This document shows, piece by piece, positions 28,001 to 37,239 of a stretch of DNA of 64,000 nucleotides. The position numbers and the translations under genes are program-made. The notes beneath the pieces are model-generated. The model was given only the letters and a program-made list of their open reading frames with translations, searched no databases and was not told the DNA's origin. The stretch's first letter is position 1; every line of letters starts with the position of its first letter. The stretch comes from a virus (lineage: Duplodnaviria > Caudoviricetes), in IMG/VR virus record IMGVR_UViG_3300021093_000004; one strand, given 5' to 3'.

Positions 28001-30015
28001 GGACCGCTCGGAATATAAACCTTTCCATCAGTCCAGACTCCACCACTCCATGCACCAACGTTTTCATCGAATGAATCAAACGACAGGCGGTCAAAACCCA
28101 ACTGACAAACACCAGTCAAATCACACAGCAAAACACTGCGAATACGAGCGGCACCAGAAAGTGCCCCGGATTTGAAGAAAACAGTAACACTTGTGGTTGG
28201 AACGGTGAATGATTGAAAGACATTGTGTGGGAATTCTATTGCACTGTTTGTGAGTGTTCCTGTTAATATTATATTACCAACAGCATCTCGAATACCATAA
28301 ACGAGTTCCAGTTCACCGATAGTGTCTGGTTCATGAGATAATAGTGTAAATCCAAATGTCATCGACCGTCCGACAATCAATCCACTTACTGATTGACGAG
28401 CCTCGGATGCTCCCGACAGACTGACGATTAAAGCATCGTTACCGCTGTCCCACCACTTTGGATCATTTGGTGGAATAAGTGCGTTTCCGGACGCATCAGA
28501 CCAAAATTCGACGCCTTCGGCGAACTGCGGGTTCTGAATTGAGTTGCGAGTTCCCGGACCACAATCTGTGACAGGAATCAGACACAATCTCACGTTGTCG
28601 ATAAAAGTATGAGATGTTGATTCAAATGATACTGTAATAATCCCACTACTTGGGACATTCATGTTGATACTTAGTCTGACAGCATCTGAATTTGCTGGTA
28701 CAGAATAAGTCTCACTTGCGCCATCCACGAACCCATAGGTTAACACACCAGCCACTGTTCCGCCGAGAACATCAAAAAACATCGTGATAAAATCACCAGG
28801 AGTCAGCCCGGACACGGTTTGCCGGGCAATCGGGTTTGGTCCACCCTCATTGATTTGTAATTCTAACGCCTTCTTCACACTATCCCACGAGACTGCCGGT
28901 TGGTGCTCGGTCCAACCAGCGATATCGGTATTAAATTCGCCGTTGAGAATAATGTCTTCGCCGCCCAAACATTCCGGCGGCGGTGCGACCGTGCCACATA
29001 ATGCGAAAATGTATGAATATACTAATTCTGCTAACCCTAGACCGCTATTGGGAGTTGCAACATAAATGCCACCAGTTCTACGGGCAATTTCTTGCAGATT
29101 CGAGGCAACGTCCGGAGTACTAGGTGGTGTTGCGGCGGCTATAATCTTGATGCCGCAAGATGCGGCAGCCGATGCAGCGTCGAATAGTCGCTGTCGGTCT
29201 TCTGCATCATACCTATCATTACACCCCGCAACACTAGCGTCTGTAATGAATAGTATGACCTTCACGGCTGCGGGATCGTCTCTCCATGGACCAAACCCAG
29301 TCCCATCGACGGCTTGCACCATTGCAACATCGCCTGCCTCTGGCATTCCCCTCCCACCACCGGCCCTAACTGTGGACAAAGATGCTTTAAATGCAGCAAT
29401 ATTTCCACACGCAGCAGATCCTCCTGGACCTGCGGCTGGAAACTTTACTAATGATTGGATTCCTGGTATACCATCACAGTCACCGAATGTTATTAGCCCC
29501 ATTCGATAATTGCCACCACTAATCGTCTCGAAATATCCGGCTATTGTGTCTACGGCGGCTCTTACCGCTTCGATCGCTCCGCCCATACTACCAGTTATAT
29601 CGAGTACAACTCCGAAATCAATCAGACAGTCGGTGACTGGTTCCTCGCACACCACATCACCGATTGCACATCCGATCGTACTCGAACCCGCAAATGGGTT
29701 TAGTAATAATGATCTGAATTCTGCTGAGATACGTTCAGCTTTGTAGGAATCTGCTGACTTTTGTGGACCGGTCAGGTCATACTTCTGTGGTATTCCGGAC
29801 CTTCTGATCGGAGTTATGACCCCTTGTTTTCTGGCTGGTGGAACATATCGTGGTTCTCTACCGAAAGCCAACGAACTGAGAGCTTGTTCGACATTTGGTG
29901 TCGGACCAAGAATCGCTATTTCTTTTCGTTCTTGAATGGATATAAGCTCGACATAGGTCGGTTGCCCGACCTCTGCACTGAGCCTTTTGACATTACTGAA
30001 TGGGTCTGTGGTCAT
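25054..30015 (-). CDS. giant (1653 aa) vWA-domain virion/adhesin-like protein with CBM-like and beta-rich repeats
   Basis: MIDAS DFGVVLDITGSMG...FITDA; three NGEF/NPQF..W-type repeats; four NExQxI...GTF.L...T..I.WNA repeats. Confidence 0.8.
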   Translation of the reverse strand: MTTDPFSNVKRLSAEVGQPTYVELISIQERKEIAILGPTPNVEQALSSLAFGREPRYVPPARKQGVITPIRRSGIPQKYDLTGPQKSADSYKAERISAEFRSLLLNPFAGSSTIGCAIGDVVCEEPVTDCLIDFGVVLDITGSMGGAIEAVRAAVDTIAGYFETISGGNYRMGLITFGDCDGIPGIQSLVKFPAAGPGGSAACGNIAAFKASLSTVRAGGGRGMPEAGDVAMVQAVDGTGFGPWRDDPAAVKVILFITDASVAGCNDRYDAEDRQRLFDAASAAASCGIKIIAAATPPSTPDVASNLQEIARRTGGIYVATPNSGLGLAELVYSYIFALCGTVAPPPECLGGEDIILNGEFNTDIAGWTEHQPAVSWDSVKKALELQINEGGPNPIARQTVSGLTPGDFITMFFDVLGGTVAGVLTYGFVDGASETYSVPANSDAVRLSINMNVPSSGIITVSFESTSHTFIDNVRLCLIPVTDCGPGTRNSIQNPQFAEGVEFWSDASGNALIPPNDPKWWDSGNDALIVSLSGASEARQSVSGLIVGRSMTFGFTLLSHEPDTIGELELVYGIRDAVGNIILTGTLTNSAIEFPHNVFQSFTVPTTSVTVFFKSGALSGAARIRSVLLCDLTGVCQLGFDRLSFDSFDENVGAWSGGVWTDGKVYIPSGPGLTRTYSAIKPASAFQITIEVLDNKGVIIELASGTATDQFTSPLAPGLYTHSCVVQDTGLVHVTIKSQAASGDGTVVDNILVCKSDPPVCDGSITKLTTKIEWKGIPRRPVNIFNMFARITLRDPSDPLVRTVVNLIPTADGHLGAVAPTSCGTGSTCDFWKQQGNGGSAELSITDTNLTPSNIRAINSGNFASVATRDNWLWSIPANSVGTLQDALITTFPPESVGNVVESVEIFYLANQITPADIPPSSVCPGPFLCGPDPADEFDVVITYQNSLGLNREYRVTVARNSLYPQEVSFAGTPWDTISTLGNGLCGMSARWESVKFELDNTAGTGLDQCTDSLNFIATGNGNLIFSKFDIVSSATFFDPCDAEVIIEEIVKGVKDNEIQSIVLPVPSGGTWDLTVTIAGDSKTATIPWNAGADVVQIRIGRLSNVGHGNVAVTGTGTQSDPFVVEFVGDLGGTDIPLMAADGSFLTGTSSGVVETITNGTKNERQTITVTPGTLFDLIVEFNGVTSIPITYNWSLNQKQGAFWGISTIGDGNVSVTGGTSDRDSPYTGDLAVDFVGTLANNNVPEMTVQPTPNYSVATNWQGGTGVNEKQRIRVMAASGTFTIKFYSPDDLSGATFFITAPLPYNASDAQVKAGLVASGFVTNSDVTVTKSPADPLEPLLNEWTVEFVGSRAATGIRQMEVDSSQLRGGPIAITGVTDGGSSFEKQRVTIKRANGGYFRLKLNINDIIQTSSKITWNTTAAGMQQILEQHPEINPGDIRVVQNANGPDPDVTSRFTVTFKRFGDIPMMIPSFERSLLCDPIVLVPVPPPPYPYPIEPECEIEDLSCQSGPLLSRPCPGDDPLPDELCCDELTVRESANVAVGFLIQRDLFDPNQKTSPRNGTSRKMTIKDITRIKGLDPAKFTPYLRNFTTGRLTETTYSKELMTGLSIILIEKHLDTTRGRSRITSYFASHREILPTRMVWPDGIIATLN

Positions 30016-30047
30016 GCAATCTCTCTTAACCTACAATAGGTTTGATA

Positions 30048-30479
30048 CTAGAGATCGGATACTATCGTATTCAACGCTCCACGTTGTTGTAGCTTCATTT
30101 CTTCTACAAGAGTTTTAACTTCGGCGGCTCCTGAATTTATCTTGTCTGTATATTTCTTCTTGATATCATCGACATTCCATTTCATGACCAACATTGGATC
30201 GAGATTTCGCATTCTGGAGACAGCGATATCTAATTGAAGCCTGAACCAATCATCATCTTTGGTCCATTTCTCATTCAGAATCGGAAATGCCACCGATTTC
30301 AGGCATTCGAGAAATATTTGGTATTTGATAGTTTCTTCGACAATCGATTCCCATTCATTGGGTAGTATGCTTGAATACAGTTGAAGCATACTCCCATCTG
30401 CGTAGTGTCTGATGGAACCATCGAACACGAATATAGTTGGGTTATCTTCTTTCTTCGACTTCTTTTTCTTCTTGCTCAT
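30048..30479 (-). CDS. hypothetical protein
   Basis: ORF; probable start MSKKKK at 30479. Confidence 0.6.
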   Translation of the reverse strand: MSKKKKKSKKEDNPTIFVFDGSIRHYADGSMLQLYSSILPNEWESIVEETIKYQIFLECLKSVAFPILNEKWTKDDDWFRLQLDIAVSRMRNLDPMLVMKWNVDDIKKKYTDKINSGAAEVKTLVEEMKLQQRGALNTIVSDL

Positions 30480-30536
30480 AAAGTCCTCCTGCGAATATAT
30501 ACGAATTCCTAACCGAAATACTAACAAGATTTGTAT

Positions 30537-30974
30537 TTAGGCTTGATTTAACCACTTCTTGAGCATGCGGAGTAGCCGTAACTGCTCACGCCGAGCGGCG
30601 ACATTGGTATCGAAGAGACAGGATTCCGGCATCCATTCATTATCAGAATTTGAATAGAAAAATTCGCCGGTGTCTTTACTTCGAATAAGATCACAAACCA
30701 CGAATGGTTCAATCACTAATCGAGATGTGATGAGGCTAGTGAGTAATGTGAAGTCTGCGTGATGAACGCGGGGAAGCAGAGCCGTTGAACTTGATTTCCA
30801 AACTAATCTATATGGGCCACGCTCATATAAAACTTTTGGATGATGGTCAGTCATCCATTTGTCATCCTCTTCGATTTCAGGAACTGCTTCCTTTGGACGT
30901 AGAACCACCCACCACGCGGTATCTCCTACCTTGTAGCGTGCTAATTCTAGTACACTCTGTATTCTGCCACGCAT
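30537..30974 (-). CDS. hypothetical protein
   Basis: 145-aa ORF, tightly packed. Confidence 0.6.
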   Translation of the reverse strand: MRGRIQSVLELARYKVGDTAWWVVLRPKEAVPEIEEDDKWMTDHHPKVLYERGPYRLVWKSSSTALLPRVHHADFTLLTSLITSRLVIEPFVVCDLIRSKDTGEFFYSNSDNEWMPESCLFDTNVAARREQLRLLRMLKKWLNQA

Positions 30975-30980
30975 GTGATC

Positions 30981-31205
30981 TCATCCACAGATCACCCTAT
31001 TCAGTGCCTGGCTGACTATCTGCTCCGCTATCGTTCGCTTAACGCCAGTCACAATAGGAGACCATGTTCCGTTTTGGTTAATCTCGATCTGGTGATCCCC
31101 CTCCATCACGCTCTGTCCGGACATCGGAGTTATCCGGACATTCGTTGCACCCACTTCCTTTATTTGTCTGGTTGCAGTGTTTACATCAACGGCCATAATT
31201 TTCAC
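30981..31205 (-). CDS. small hypothetical protein
   Basis: 74-aa ORF after a GAGG SD. Confidence 0.6.
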   Translation of the reverse strand: MKIMAVDVNTATRQIKEVGATNVRITPMSGQSVMEGDHQIEINQNGTWSPIVTGVKRTIAEQIVSQALNRVICG

Positions 31206-31229
31206 CTCACATTAGGTTTGAGACCGACT

Positions 31230-32012
31230 TTAGATAGCGTCAAGGGCTTCGAAAGCCGTCTTGAACGTTTCGGATCTAGTTAAAGCACTTCCGTGCTTTC
31301 TTCCAAGTGCTGGCTCAAGGAAATACCAACCACCGAAATTCGTGGTGTTGGCATCATTCAAAGTAGCCTGAATTTTGGTATCACCAAACCCTATCGGCTT
31401 ATGCCCATGACCAATCTTAAAATCGTGAATATCTATCGCTCCGACATATTGTTTCAATAATGTCCAATATCTGATGAATGGGTCTTGCGATTGTCTAATG
31501 ATTAACTGGGCTGGGTCATATAATAATTTCCATCGCTTGAATTTGTTCAACCATTGAACAACATCCACTGGCCTATAAATAGAACTAGCGTGGGAAATCT
31601 CAAGCAGGGGTGTGATATTAGCAGAAATCGATCGTTCTGTGATCATATGAAGCCAATCGCGAACATGCTTGTCCGCGTCTGGAGCTTCTAACCCGGTATA
31701 GATTCTAATATAGGATGCCCCAAAGTACGAAGCAACATCAAATACTCGGTCGATTGACTCTTTCGGAATCGATGACAACGTGTTTGCGGGAACCTGTCCA
31801 AGTTCCGACGCAACCATAATGACGGTAAGCTCGTGCGACTTGAATAATGCCTTCAACGTCTGACACGATTGATCTGTAGCCGCACAAACATTGCTGGTCC
31901 ATACGTGTCGAAGAGCGAGGTACGGAATCCCAAGCGATTTTAATGTAGCACAGCCGGTTTCTGGATCTTCACCGGCCTCATCAAGATATGCTGCTAATTT
32001 TAATGGCCGCAT
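31230..32012 (-). CDS. xylose isomerase-like/AP endonuclease 2 TIM-barrel protein
   Basis: DE...D.E, YLALR.VW..NV, A..FGA.YIRIY, LLEI, YDPA, IDIHD, G.GD..I, EP motifs. Confidence 0.75.
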   Translation of the reverse strand: MRPLKLAAYLDEAGEDPETGCATLKSLGIPYLALRHVWTSNVCAATDQSCQTLKALFKSHELTVIMVASELGQVPANTLSSIPKESIDRVFDVASYFGASYIRIYTGLEAPDADKHVRDWLHMITERSISANITPLLEISHASSIYRPVDVVQWLNKFKRWKLLYDPAQLIIRQSQDPFIRYWTLLKQYVGAIDIHDFKIGHGHKPIGFGDTKIQATLNDANTTNFGGWYFLEPALGRKHGSALTRSETFKTAFEALDAI

Positions 32013-32015
32013 TTA

Positions 32016-33161
32016 TTACTCGACAAAGCATACGTGGTTGGTTTGGGGTCCGGTTCCTACTATAGTTACCGGCAGACCAACCAAATCTTCAATGTCAAGT
32101 ATGAAATCTTTCACCTTACTCGGTAGCTTGTTATAATCATTAGTCCCATAGCATGACCAATCGATATAGTTGGCAAAATTGAGGGCAATCTTCGTCGCCC
32201 CGTTCGCAGCCACGGCGTCCAGAAGTTGTAATTTGGAGAAAGTGAACACCCGACGAAGCCGCTTGGTGACAGTGGTCAATTCGCCCTTCATAACATCTGG
32301 TGGTGCACCACCGGCGGCAGCTACTTCGGCCCACGTAATTTCACTGTGGTCATCGTAACAATCACCGGAATATCCAACCGTATTGCCGTCTTCAATGACG
32401 TTTCCCACGCGGATCGGATATGGTCTTATTACCAGATAAATATCGCCGATGAGAGAATGTCCGATTCCCATATCGGCGACGTTCTGAACTGCGGTTGTTC
32501 CACGGCTGGTGCATTGTGGATAATGCGAACCGTGGTTGATATCGAGTGAGAACCCCTGTGATCCTTCATGCAGAGCGGTTTGCCCGTTTTGCAACAGGAA
32601 TTTCAGAATCCGTGGAATTGACAGGTTCTCGGTGTTGCCGAGCTTAACGGTGAGTTCGTTCATCCGGCCAACAAATTGTTGAAGCTCTGGATAATCGCGT
32701 GACAGCTTCAATTCCTTACGACGCATTACCTTGTCAGCAAGGAACGCCCCGCATCCTTGCATGGTGCTGGCGATGTGCTTTGTGCCGGTTTCGAGACTGG
32801 CTTCTTGCTGTTTGTGTGAGTCGAGAATGACTCCAGCACGTGGATGAATGTGGGTGTTCTCTTGAACTCCGCAGATCTCGATTTCTTTCAGCATTTGGGC
32901 CATGTCGTATGCCGATGACGCTCCTACGACGATGGCCGGTGAATAGTCTGTGCACCATTTCTTGAGAATTGCCGCCGATGGTAGTGCTTTAGCGACAAAA
33001 GCTTCTCCATCAATGTTGACCGCCGTATGTCCGGCGTTGCTCATGTTAGTTGTCGAGATTATTTCGGGTCGGTGTCTGTCTGCTAATGCAGTTGTGATAA
33101 GCCCTTTGCCGCAACTTCCCCACTGTCCATCAGTAACAACATTAAATCGGCCACTCAACAT
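32016..33161 (-). CDS. purZ: PurZ-clade N6-succino-2-amino-2'-deoxyadenylate synthase (adenylosuccinate synthetase superfamily)
   Basis: QWGSCGKG (Ser at the PurA catalytic Asp13 position), NAGHT, EGSQGFSL, YPQCTSR, RPYPIRVGN, SGDCYDD, TTVTKRLRRVFTFS, LNFANY in place of TKLD, VGTGP. Confidence 0.85.
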   Translation of the reverse strand: MLSGRFNVVTDGQWGSCGKGLITTALADRHRPEIISTTNMSNAGHTAVNIDGEAFVAKALPSAAILKKWCTDYSPAIVVGASSAYDMAQMLKEIEICGVQENTHIHPRAGVILDSHKQQEASLETGTKHIASTMQGCGAFLADKVMRRKELKLSRDYPELQQFVGRMNELTVKLGNTENLSIPRILKFLLQNGQTALHEGSQGFSLDINHGSHYPQCTSRGTTAVQNVADMGIGHSLIGDIYLVIRPYPIRVGNVIEDGNTVGYSGDCYDDHSEITWAEVAAAGGAPPDVMKGELTTVTKRLRRVFTFSKLQLLDAVAANGATKIALNFANYIDWSCYGTNDYNKLPSKVKDFILDIEDLVGLPVTIVGTGPQTNHVCFVE

Positions 33162-33236
33162 AGTGTATCTCCAAGAGCGGTGGTGTTTGACTACGCGGCT
33201 TCAATACCGCGTGGAACTTGTAGAAAGACCGTTTAT

Positions 33237-33623
33237 TTATCCGGTCGGTCGCAGGCGAGATGAAGTTGCGACATCATATCCATCGCCGTCCCACCCAGAA
33301 AGCTGAGCGGCGAAGTTCACTTCGTCGATCGTATCATTGCGATGTGCTCGTAATAGAGCTATAGCATCTGGCAAGTTCATAATTCTTACCAAGATGTCTT
33401 CAATATCACCATTTTCTGATCTGATAATCGATTGTACTGCAACTAAATTTCGCTGCTGAAGAAATCTTTTGATACGTTGAGCAGTTTGAATAGCGTGCAG
33501 TTCTCGTGCTATCCGGTCCAGCGACGCGGCTGTAGATTTTCGCTGTGCTTCTAACCATTCATCGCTTCTGGTTAGAAGATCAGCGTCATCGCCGATTTCA
33601 CTAATTAATGTCATTAGGCTCAT
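33237..33623 (-). CDS. hypothetical protein
   Basis: 128-aa ORF upstream of purZ. Confidence 0.6.
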   Translation of the reverse strand: MSLMTLISEIGDDADLLTRSDEWLEAQRKSTAASLDRIARELHAIQTAQRIKRFLQQRNLVAVQSIIRSENGDIEDILVRIMNLPDAIALLRAHRNDTIDEVNFAAQLSGWDGDGYDVATSSRLRPTG

Positions 33624-33957
33624 TGATTTTAACCCAGTGTTGTGGAACCCAAATTTTCCGACCCATGACTTCGATTCGGTAGAATAGTGGCTTCACGTCA
33701 CAAATGAGTGCAAATTCGTTGTACCATATATGTTCCGAATTGGTTACTTGAACCACATCTCCTATTTTTAATACCGCAAGACCATGTGGGTTTGTAATAT
33801 TTTCGGCTAGAGCCGCTTCTCCAGAAAATATCCCAACAGTGCCCAGATACCCACATACGGGGCACGTGACACACAACCCAGTAGGACCAACAACCACTTC
33901 GTTTGAATCAATCTCGAATGAAATGGAACAGTTCGGGCATATGAGATCTTTATGCAT
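33601..33957 (-). CDS. Zn-ribbon plus KOW/SH3-like small protein
   Basis: CPNC...CPVCG; LKIGDVVQV. Confidence 0.65.
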   Translation of the reverse strand: MHKDLICPNCSISFEIDSNEVVVGPTGLCVTCPVCGYLGTVGIFSGEAALAENITNPHGLAVLKIGDVVQVTNSEHIWYNEFALICDVKPLFYRIEVMGRKIWVPQHWVKINEPNDIN

Positions 33958-34648
33958 CGAGTAATTCTCGAAGCTGATCCGGCTGAGACTGAAATTCTTT
34001 GATAATAGTCTTGGCTTGAGCGAGATTAACTCCAAATCTCGAAGCATTGGGGCATGCTGCCACTGACTTCAAACTGGCGATATTCCCACAAACCTTAACC
34101 GGCACCTTGATGATATCACGAACATATTGGATTTGCCGATTATGCTCGTCTGGGTTGGCTTTGCTTACTTGAAGTTTGAGTAGAGTATCAGTACGAACTA
34201 ACGCCGGTGTCCTAACGGTTAATAGACCACGGCACATTGCCATGATGTTATCATCGTTTCGGAGCGAAGTTCCAAGAACAAATCGGACTTCCGTCGCATC
34301 TGACAGATGTTGTTTCACGAACTCTGTCAGTGCTTTGGATTCGATTCTCGTCTCTAATTCGAGCTTACTGGGAGTCAGCAAGAATTCGAAACCATCCGTT
34401 TCGAGAGAATCGGTTGTTAGACCCCGCATTTTGTTGACACCAAAGATCTCACCCTTCGGCCAATCAATTGGTGTGATGATCTTGAATTTGCCCCCAGCCC
34501 GACTCCTAGCAATGAGCGCGTCTGATGATAAACCCGGATGGACGACAATGGCCGGGAATTTATATTTATGAGCAAGTTCTATAGATTCTTGAATCTCGTT
34601 CACTTGCATTACATCGATTTCTAATCGATTGAATACTGACCCACTCAT
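33950..34648 (-). CDS. DeoC-like class I aldolase fold with Schiff-base Lys replaced by Arg
   Basis: AIVVHP, TPIDWPKG, LVRTDT (vs FVKTST), VKVCGNI (vs VKASGGI), ASRFGVN (vs ATRIGTS). Confidence 0.7.
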   Translation of the reverse strand: MSGSVFNRLEIDVMQVNEIQESIELAHKYKFPAIVVHPGLSSDALIARSRAGGKFKIITPIDWPKGEIFGVNKMRGLTTDSLETDGFEFLLTPSKLELETRIESKALTEFVKQHLSDATEVRFVLGTSLRNDDNIMAMCRGLLTVRTPALVRTDTLLKLQVSKANPDEHNRQIQYVRDIIKVPVKVCGNIASLKSVAACPNASRFGVNLAQAKTIIKEFQSQPDQLRELLDA

Positions 34649-35022
34649 GCTTTTAATTTCTCCAATGCGAACGTGAAAGCTTCATCAACCGACGAAAACC
34701 GAAACACGTTCGGTACAAAATAGAAGGTTTTCAATTCGGTAGTTGGCTCAAGGATCAGCACGACAGGCTTATTTGATACTATTGCTGCTCCGAGTTCAAC
34801 ATGAGTGCCACTCCTGGCCGGAGGTATCATGAAAAACAAATCGGCAGACGTAACACCATTTATTTCTGCGATTCCATATTGTTCCAATTCTGATTCAGAG
34901 AAAACTTGACCATGTGTGGTCCAATCATAAGATATTGATACACCGTGCCCACGAAATCGATCCATGACCGATTTTGCTTGATCTGAATTAAACAGGCTGG
35001 TTCCAACATATACGGTAGGCAT
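34645..35022 (-). CDS. nucleoside 2-deoxyribosyltransferase / dNMP N-glycosidase family protein
   Basis: VYVG, YDWT, GVTSADLF, GTHVELGAA...KPV (catalytic Glu present). Confidence 0.8.
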   Translation of the reverse strand: MPTVYVGTSLFNSDQAKSVMDRFRGHGVSISYDWTTHGQVFSESELEQYGIAEINGVTSADLFFMIPPARSGTHVELGAAIVSNKPVVLILEPTTELKTFYFVPNVFRFSSVDEAFTFALEKLKA

Positions 35023-35059
35023 GATCGGTTAAATACAACTAAGATCACTGCGATATGAG

Positions 35060-36025
35060 TTATAATCTCTCAGCATGTGCAACAATTGTCGGCACAGATA
35101 TTTTATGGTCCATTTTGTTGAAGCGTTCTACGAAGTTCCATGGGTTTTCTGATGAACAGAACGTGAATTTTTGTCTTTCGCCCTCGTTGAGAACATCTGC
35201 CGCATAATCGTAAAATTCGGCTTCTTTCTGGAAACGTTCCCTTCGAACGTCTGGATTAACGTCTGGGTTGGTGCCATAGAAATGTAATTGCCCATTTAAC
35301 CCAGCTGGATTCATGTCGCAACCGAATATGTAAATGTGAGTATAACTCATCCAATACCCGAGTTGCATTGCTGCAAATACTGACGAACGCCCGATATGAA
35401 GCCCTTTTGTTAGGTCGCGGCTGAAGCCTTTGCCACCGAGATTCTTGACCTGCAATGAATTCTCTTTTTGCCGCTTGATTCCGGTACTATTGAAGATCAG
35501 GCCATTGTAACCGGCCCATAAATCTTCATGACGTCGCATTTGAGATTGGTCAAAGAATGCCCAGTGAGTTGTAGGCCAAATACGAGCGTCGGGCTTATTA
35601 ATCGACAATGTATGAATATTGGGATATCCTTTGAATTTCTCTAGTGGCACTTCGTTGATTGAAGGACCATTCCCAATTATAATTAAAATCTTGTTATAAC
35701 CATAATTCCTCAGTTGTTTGATTTTTACCAGCGAATCTGGGGTTATATCTCGACTGGTATATTTTACATTTGGTACCTTCTTGATGGCATTTTTGCGAGT
35801 TACGTGCTGTTTAGATACAGCCGCCGCCACCGGGATTTGTGGTGCGGGCTGAGATTGTTGGATTTTAACATGGACTCGGCGGTTGTTCAATTCATTGAGA
35901 TTTGCCGCCTGTCCGCTGGACGGCTTTACAACGATCTTTACAGACGACGAAGGGGTCTTAACGACTGTGCGTCTTCGCACCAGTTGTGGGCGAACCTTCA
36001 TTGTCACAATGTGATTGTTCGACAT
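35060..36025 (-). CDS. DUF115/Maf/MptE-like domain protein with basic N-terminal extension
   Basis: IIIGNGPSI, INK, SSVFAAMQL..WM....IYIFGCDM...HFY. Confidence 0.7.
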   Translation of the reverse strand: MSNNHIVTMKVRPQLVRRRTVVKTPSSSVKIVVKPSSGQAANLNELNNRRVHVKIQQSQPAPQIPVAAAVSKQHVTRKNAIKKVPNVKYTSRDITPDSLVKIKQLRNYGYNKILIIIGNGPSINEVPLEKFKGYPNIHTLSINKPDARIWPTTHWAFFDQSQMRRHEDLWAGYNGLIFNSTGIKRQKENSLQVKNLGGKGFSRDLTKGLHIGRSSVFAAMQLGYWMSYTHIYIFGCDMNPAGLNGQLHFYGTNPDVNPDVRRERFQKEAEFYDYAADVLNEGERQKFTFCSSENPWNFVERFNKMDHKISVPTIVAHAERL

Positions 36026-36260
36026 CTGCTGTTTTCAATAAATTCTTCAAAAGATCTGCGAGGTAGCTCGCAAGCACACCTTTATTTAAGAATTTTGAGA
36101 AAACAACGATATCTGAATCTGTATCATTTGTGTCAACGCAGACTATCAGACCCTCACTGTGGGATTGAAGTACAGATTTTATATCATCTGGTACAGGCTT
36201 GTTTGGAACAACTCGCAACCGTGCTAACTCTAGGCTATCCGTGTTTGGATCGCCGCCCAT
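35958..36260 (-). CDS. hypothetical protein
   Basis: 100-aa ORF overlapping the next gene start. Confidence 0.4.
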   Translation of the reverse strand: MGGDPNTDSLELARLRVVPNKPVPDDIKSVLQSHSEGLIVCVDTNDTDSDIVVFSKFLNKGVLASYLADLLKNLLKTADVEQSHCDNEGSPTTGAKTHSR

Positions 36261-36334
36261 GCAGAATCTCCAAAAAATTTCCCCAAATGTATAAAATACA
36301 TCGCCACAACGGTTTGATACTTGACAAAAAACGC

Positions 36335-37123
36335 TCAGTTTGATTTAATAACACGACGGCTGTCAGTGTGAAGGCGAAAACTGCGGTGAGAATCTGGGAG
36401 AGTCCCGGCCTTCATATCATCCATCAACTTGAACATGCCATTCTTTTGTGTTTTACGGCGGTTCATGATGCTGAACATGCAGCGGTGAATTGTAGTTGTA
36501 AGCAGATTGAACACTGGTGCCCTTCCGGGAGTATAGACCAGTTTCTTTGCTCGCAATTTATTGGTGACTTGAAGAAGAGCTTCGTTTGAAAAATCTAGCT
36601 GCTCTTCTTCGGACGGGAGATTGAATTTCATGGCAATGCCTTGGCAGATTAAATTAACGTCTTCCAGCATCGCATGCCATGATTGTTCTGTTGGAATTTC
36701 GCGGATGTACCCATCATCCTGTAGTTTCGGAATGATCTCGTCGTATTGTACGAATATGTCAGTCTCAAGATGATGAATCTCTGAGTCCGAAAGGAGGGAC
36801 AATTCTTCTGCTTGTGGAAGGACACGCAATGCGGTTTCTCCGTTGCGATGCATCATTCCCTCCGCAGGAATCATACCATTATTGCTTTCGAAGTGGAAAG
36901 GCAGCCCGGTTGCGATACAATGCAGCCGTACAGGAGACATTGCGTCAGGCAGTGTTTTCCCGTTCTTCAGGATAGGTTGGCCATCTGCTCCGATAGCAAC
37001 CCCGATCACTTTGGTCCACAGTAACCCAAGTGCACGGTACGGTTCCAAGTCGGGAACGGATGACGATAAAAGCCATTGGAACCAACTTTTCTCTAGCTTG
37101 TTCGAATCGCAATATTGACCCAT
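36335..37123 (-). CDS. phage sigma-factor-like protein (gp55/late-sigma type)
   Basis: N-terminal YCDSNKLE; C-terminal LICQGIAMKFN...DFSNEALLQV..KL...PVFNLLTTTIHRCMF.IMNRRK resembles region 2 of T4-like sigmas. Confidence 0.55.
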   Translation of the reverse strand: MGQYCDSNKLEKSWFQWLLSSSVPDLEPYRALGLLWTKVIGVAIGADGQPILKNGKTLPDAMSPVRLHCIATGLPFHFESNNGMIPAEGMMHRNGETALRVLPQAEELSLLSDSEIHHLETDIFVQYDEIIPKLQDDGYIREIPTEQSWHAMLEDVNLICQGIAMKFNLPSEEEQLDFSNEALLQVTNKLRAKKLVYTPGRAPVFNLLTTTIHRCMFSIMNRRKTQKNGMFKLMDDMKAGTLPDSHRSFRLHTDSRRVIKSN

Positions 37124-37239
37124 GGTTGTCTCCTTGCCACAAAATCGTGTGATCAAAGGAGAGAAATACGACAGATTTCTTCTAGATCGAATAATCCATT
37201 GGTGTGCAACGTTCACGGGATGAACAAAGGAGTAACCGA

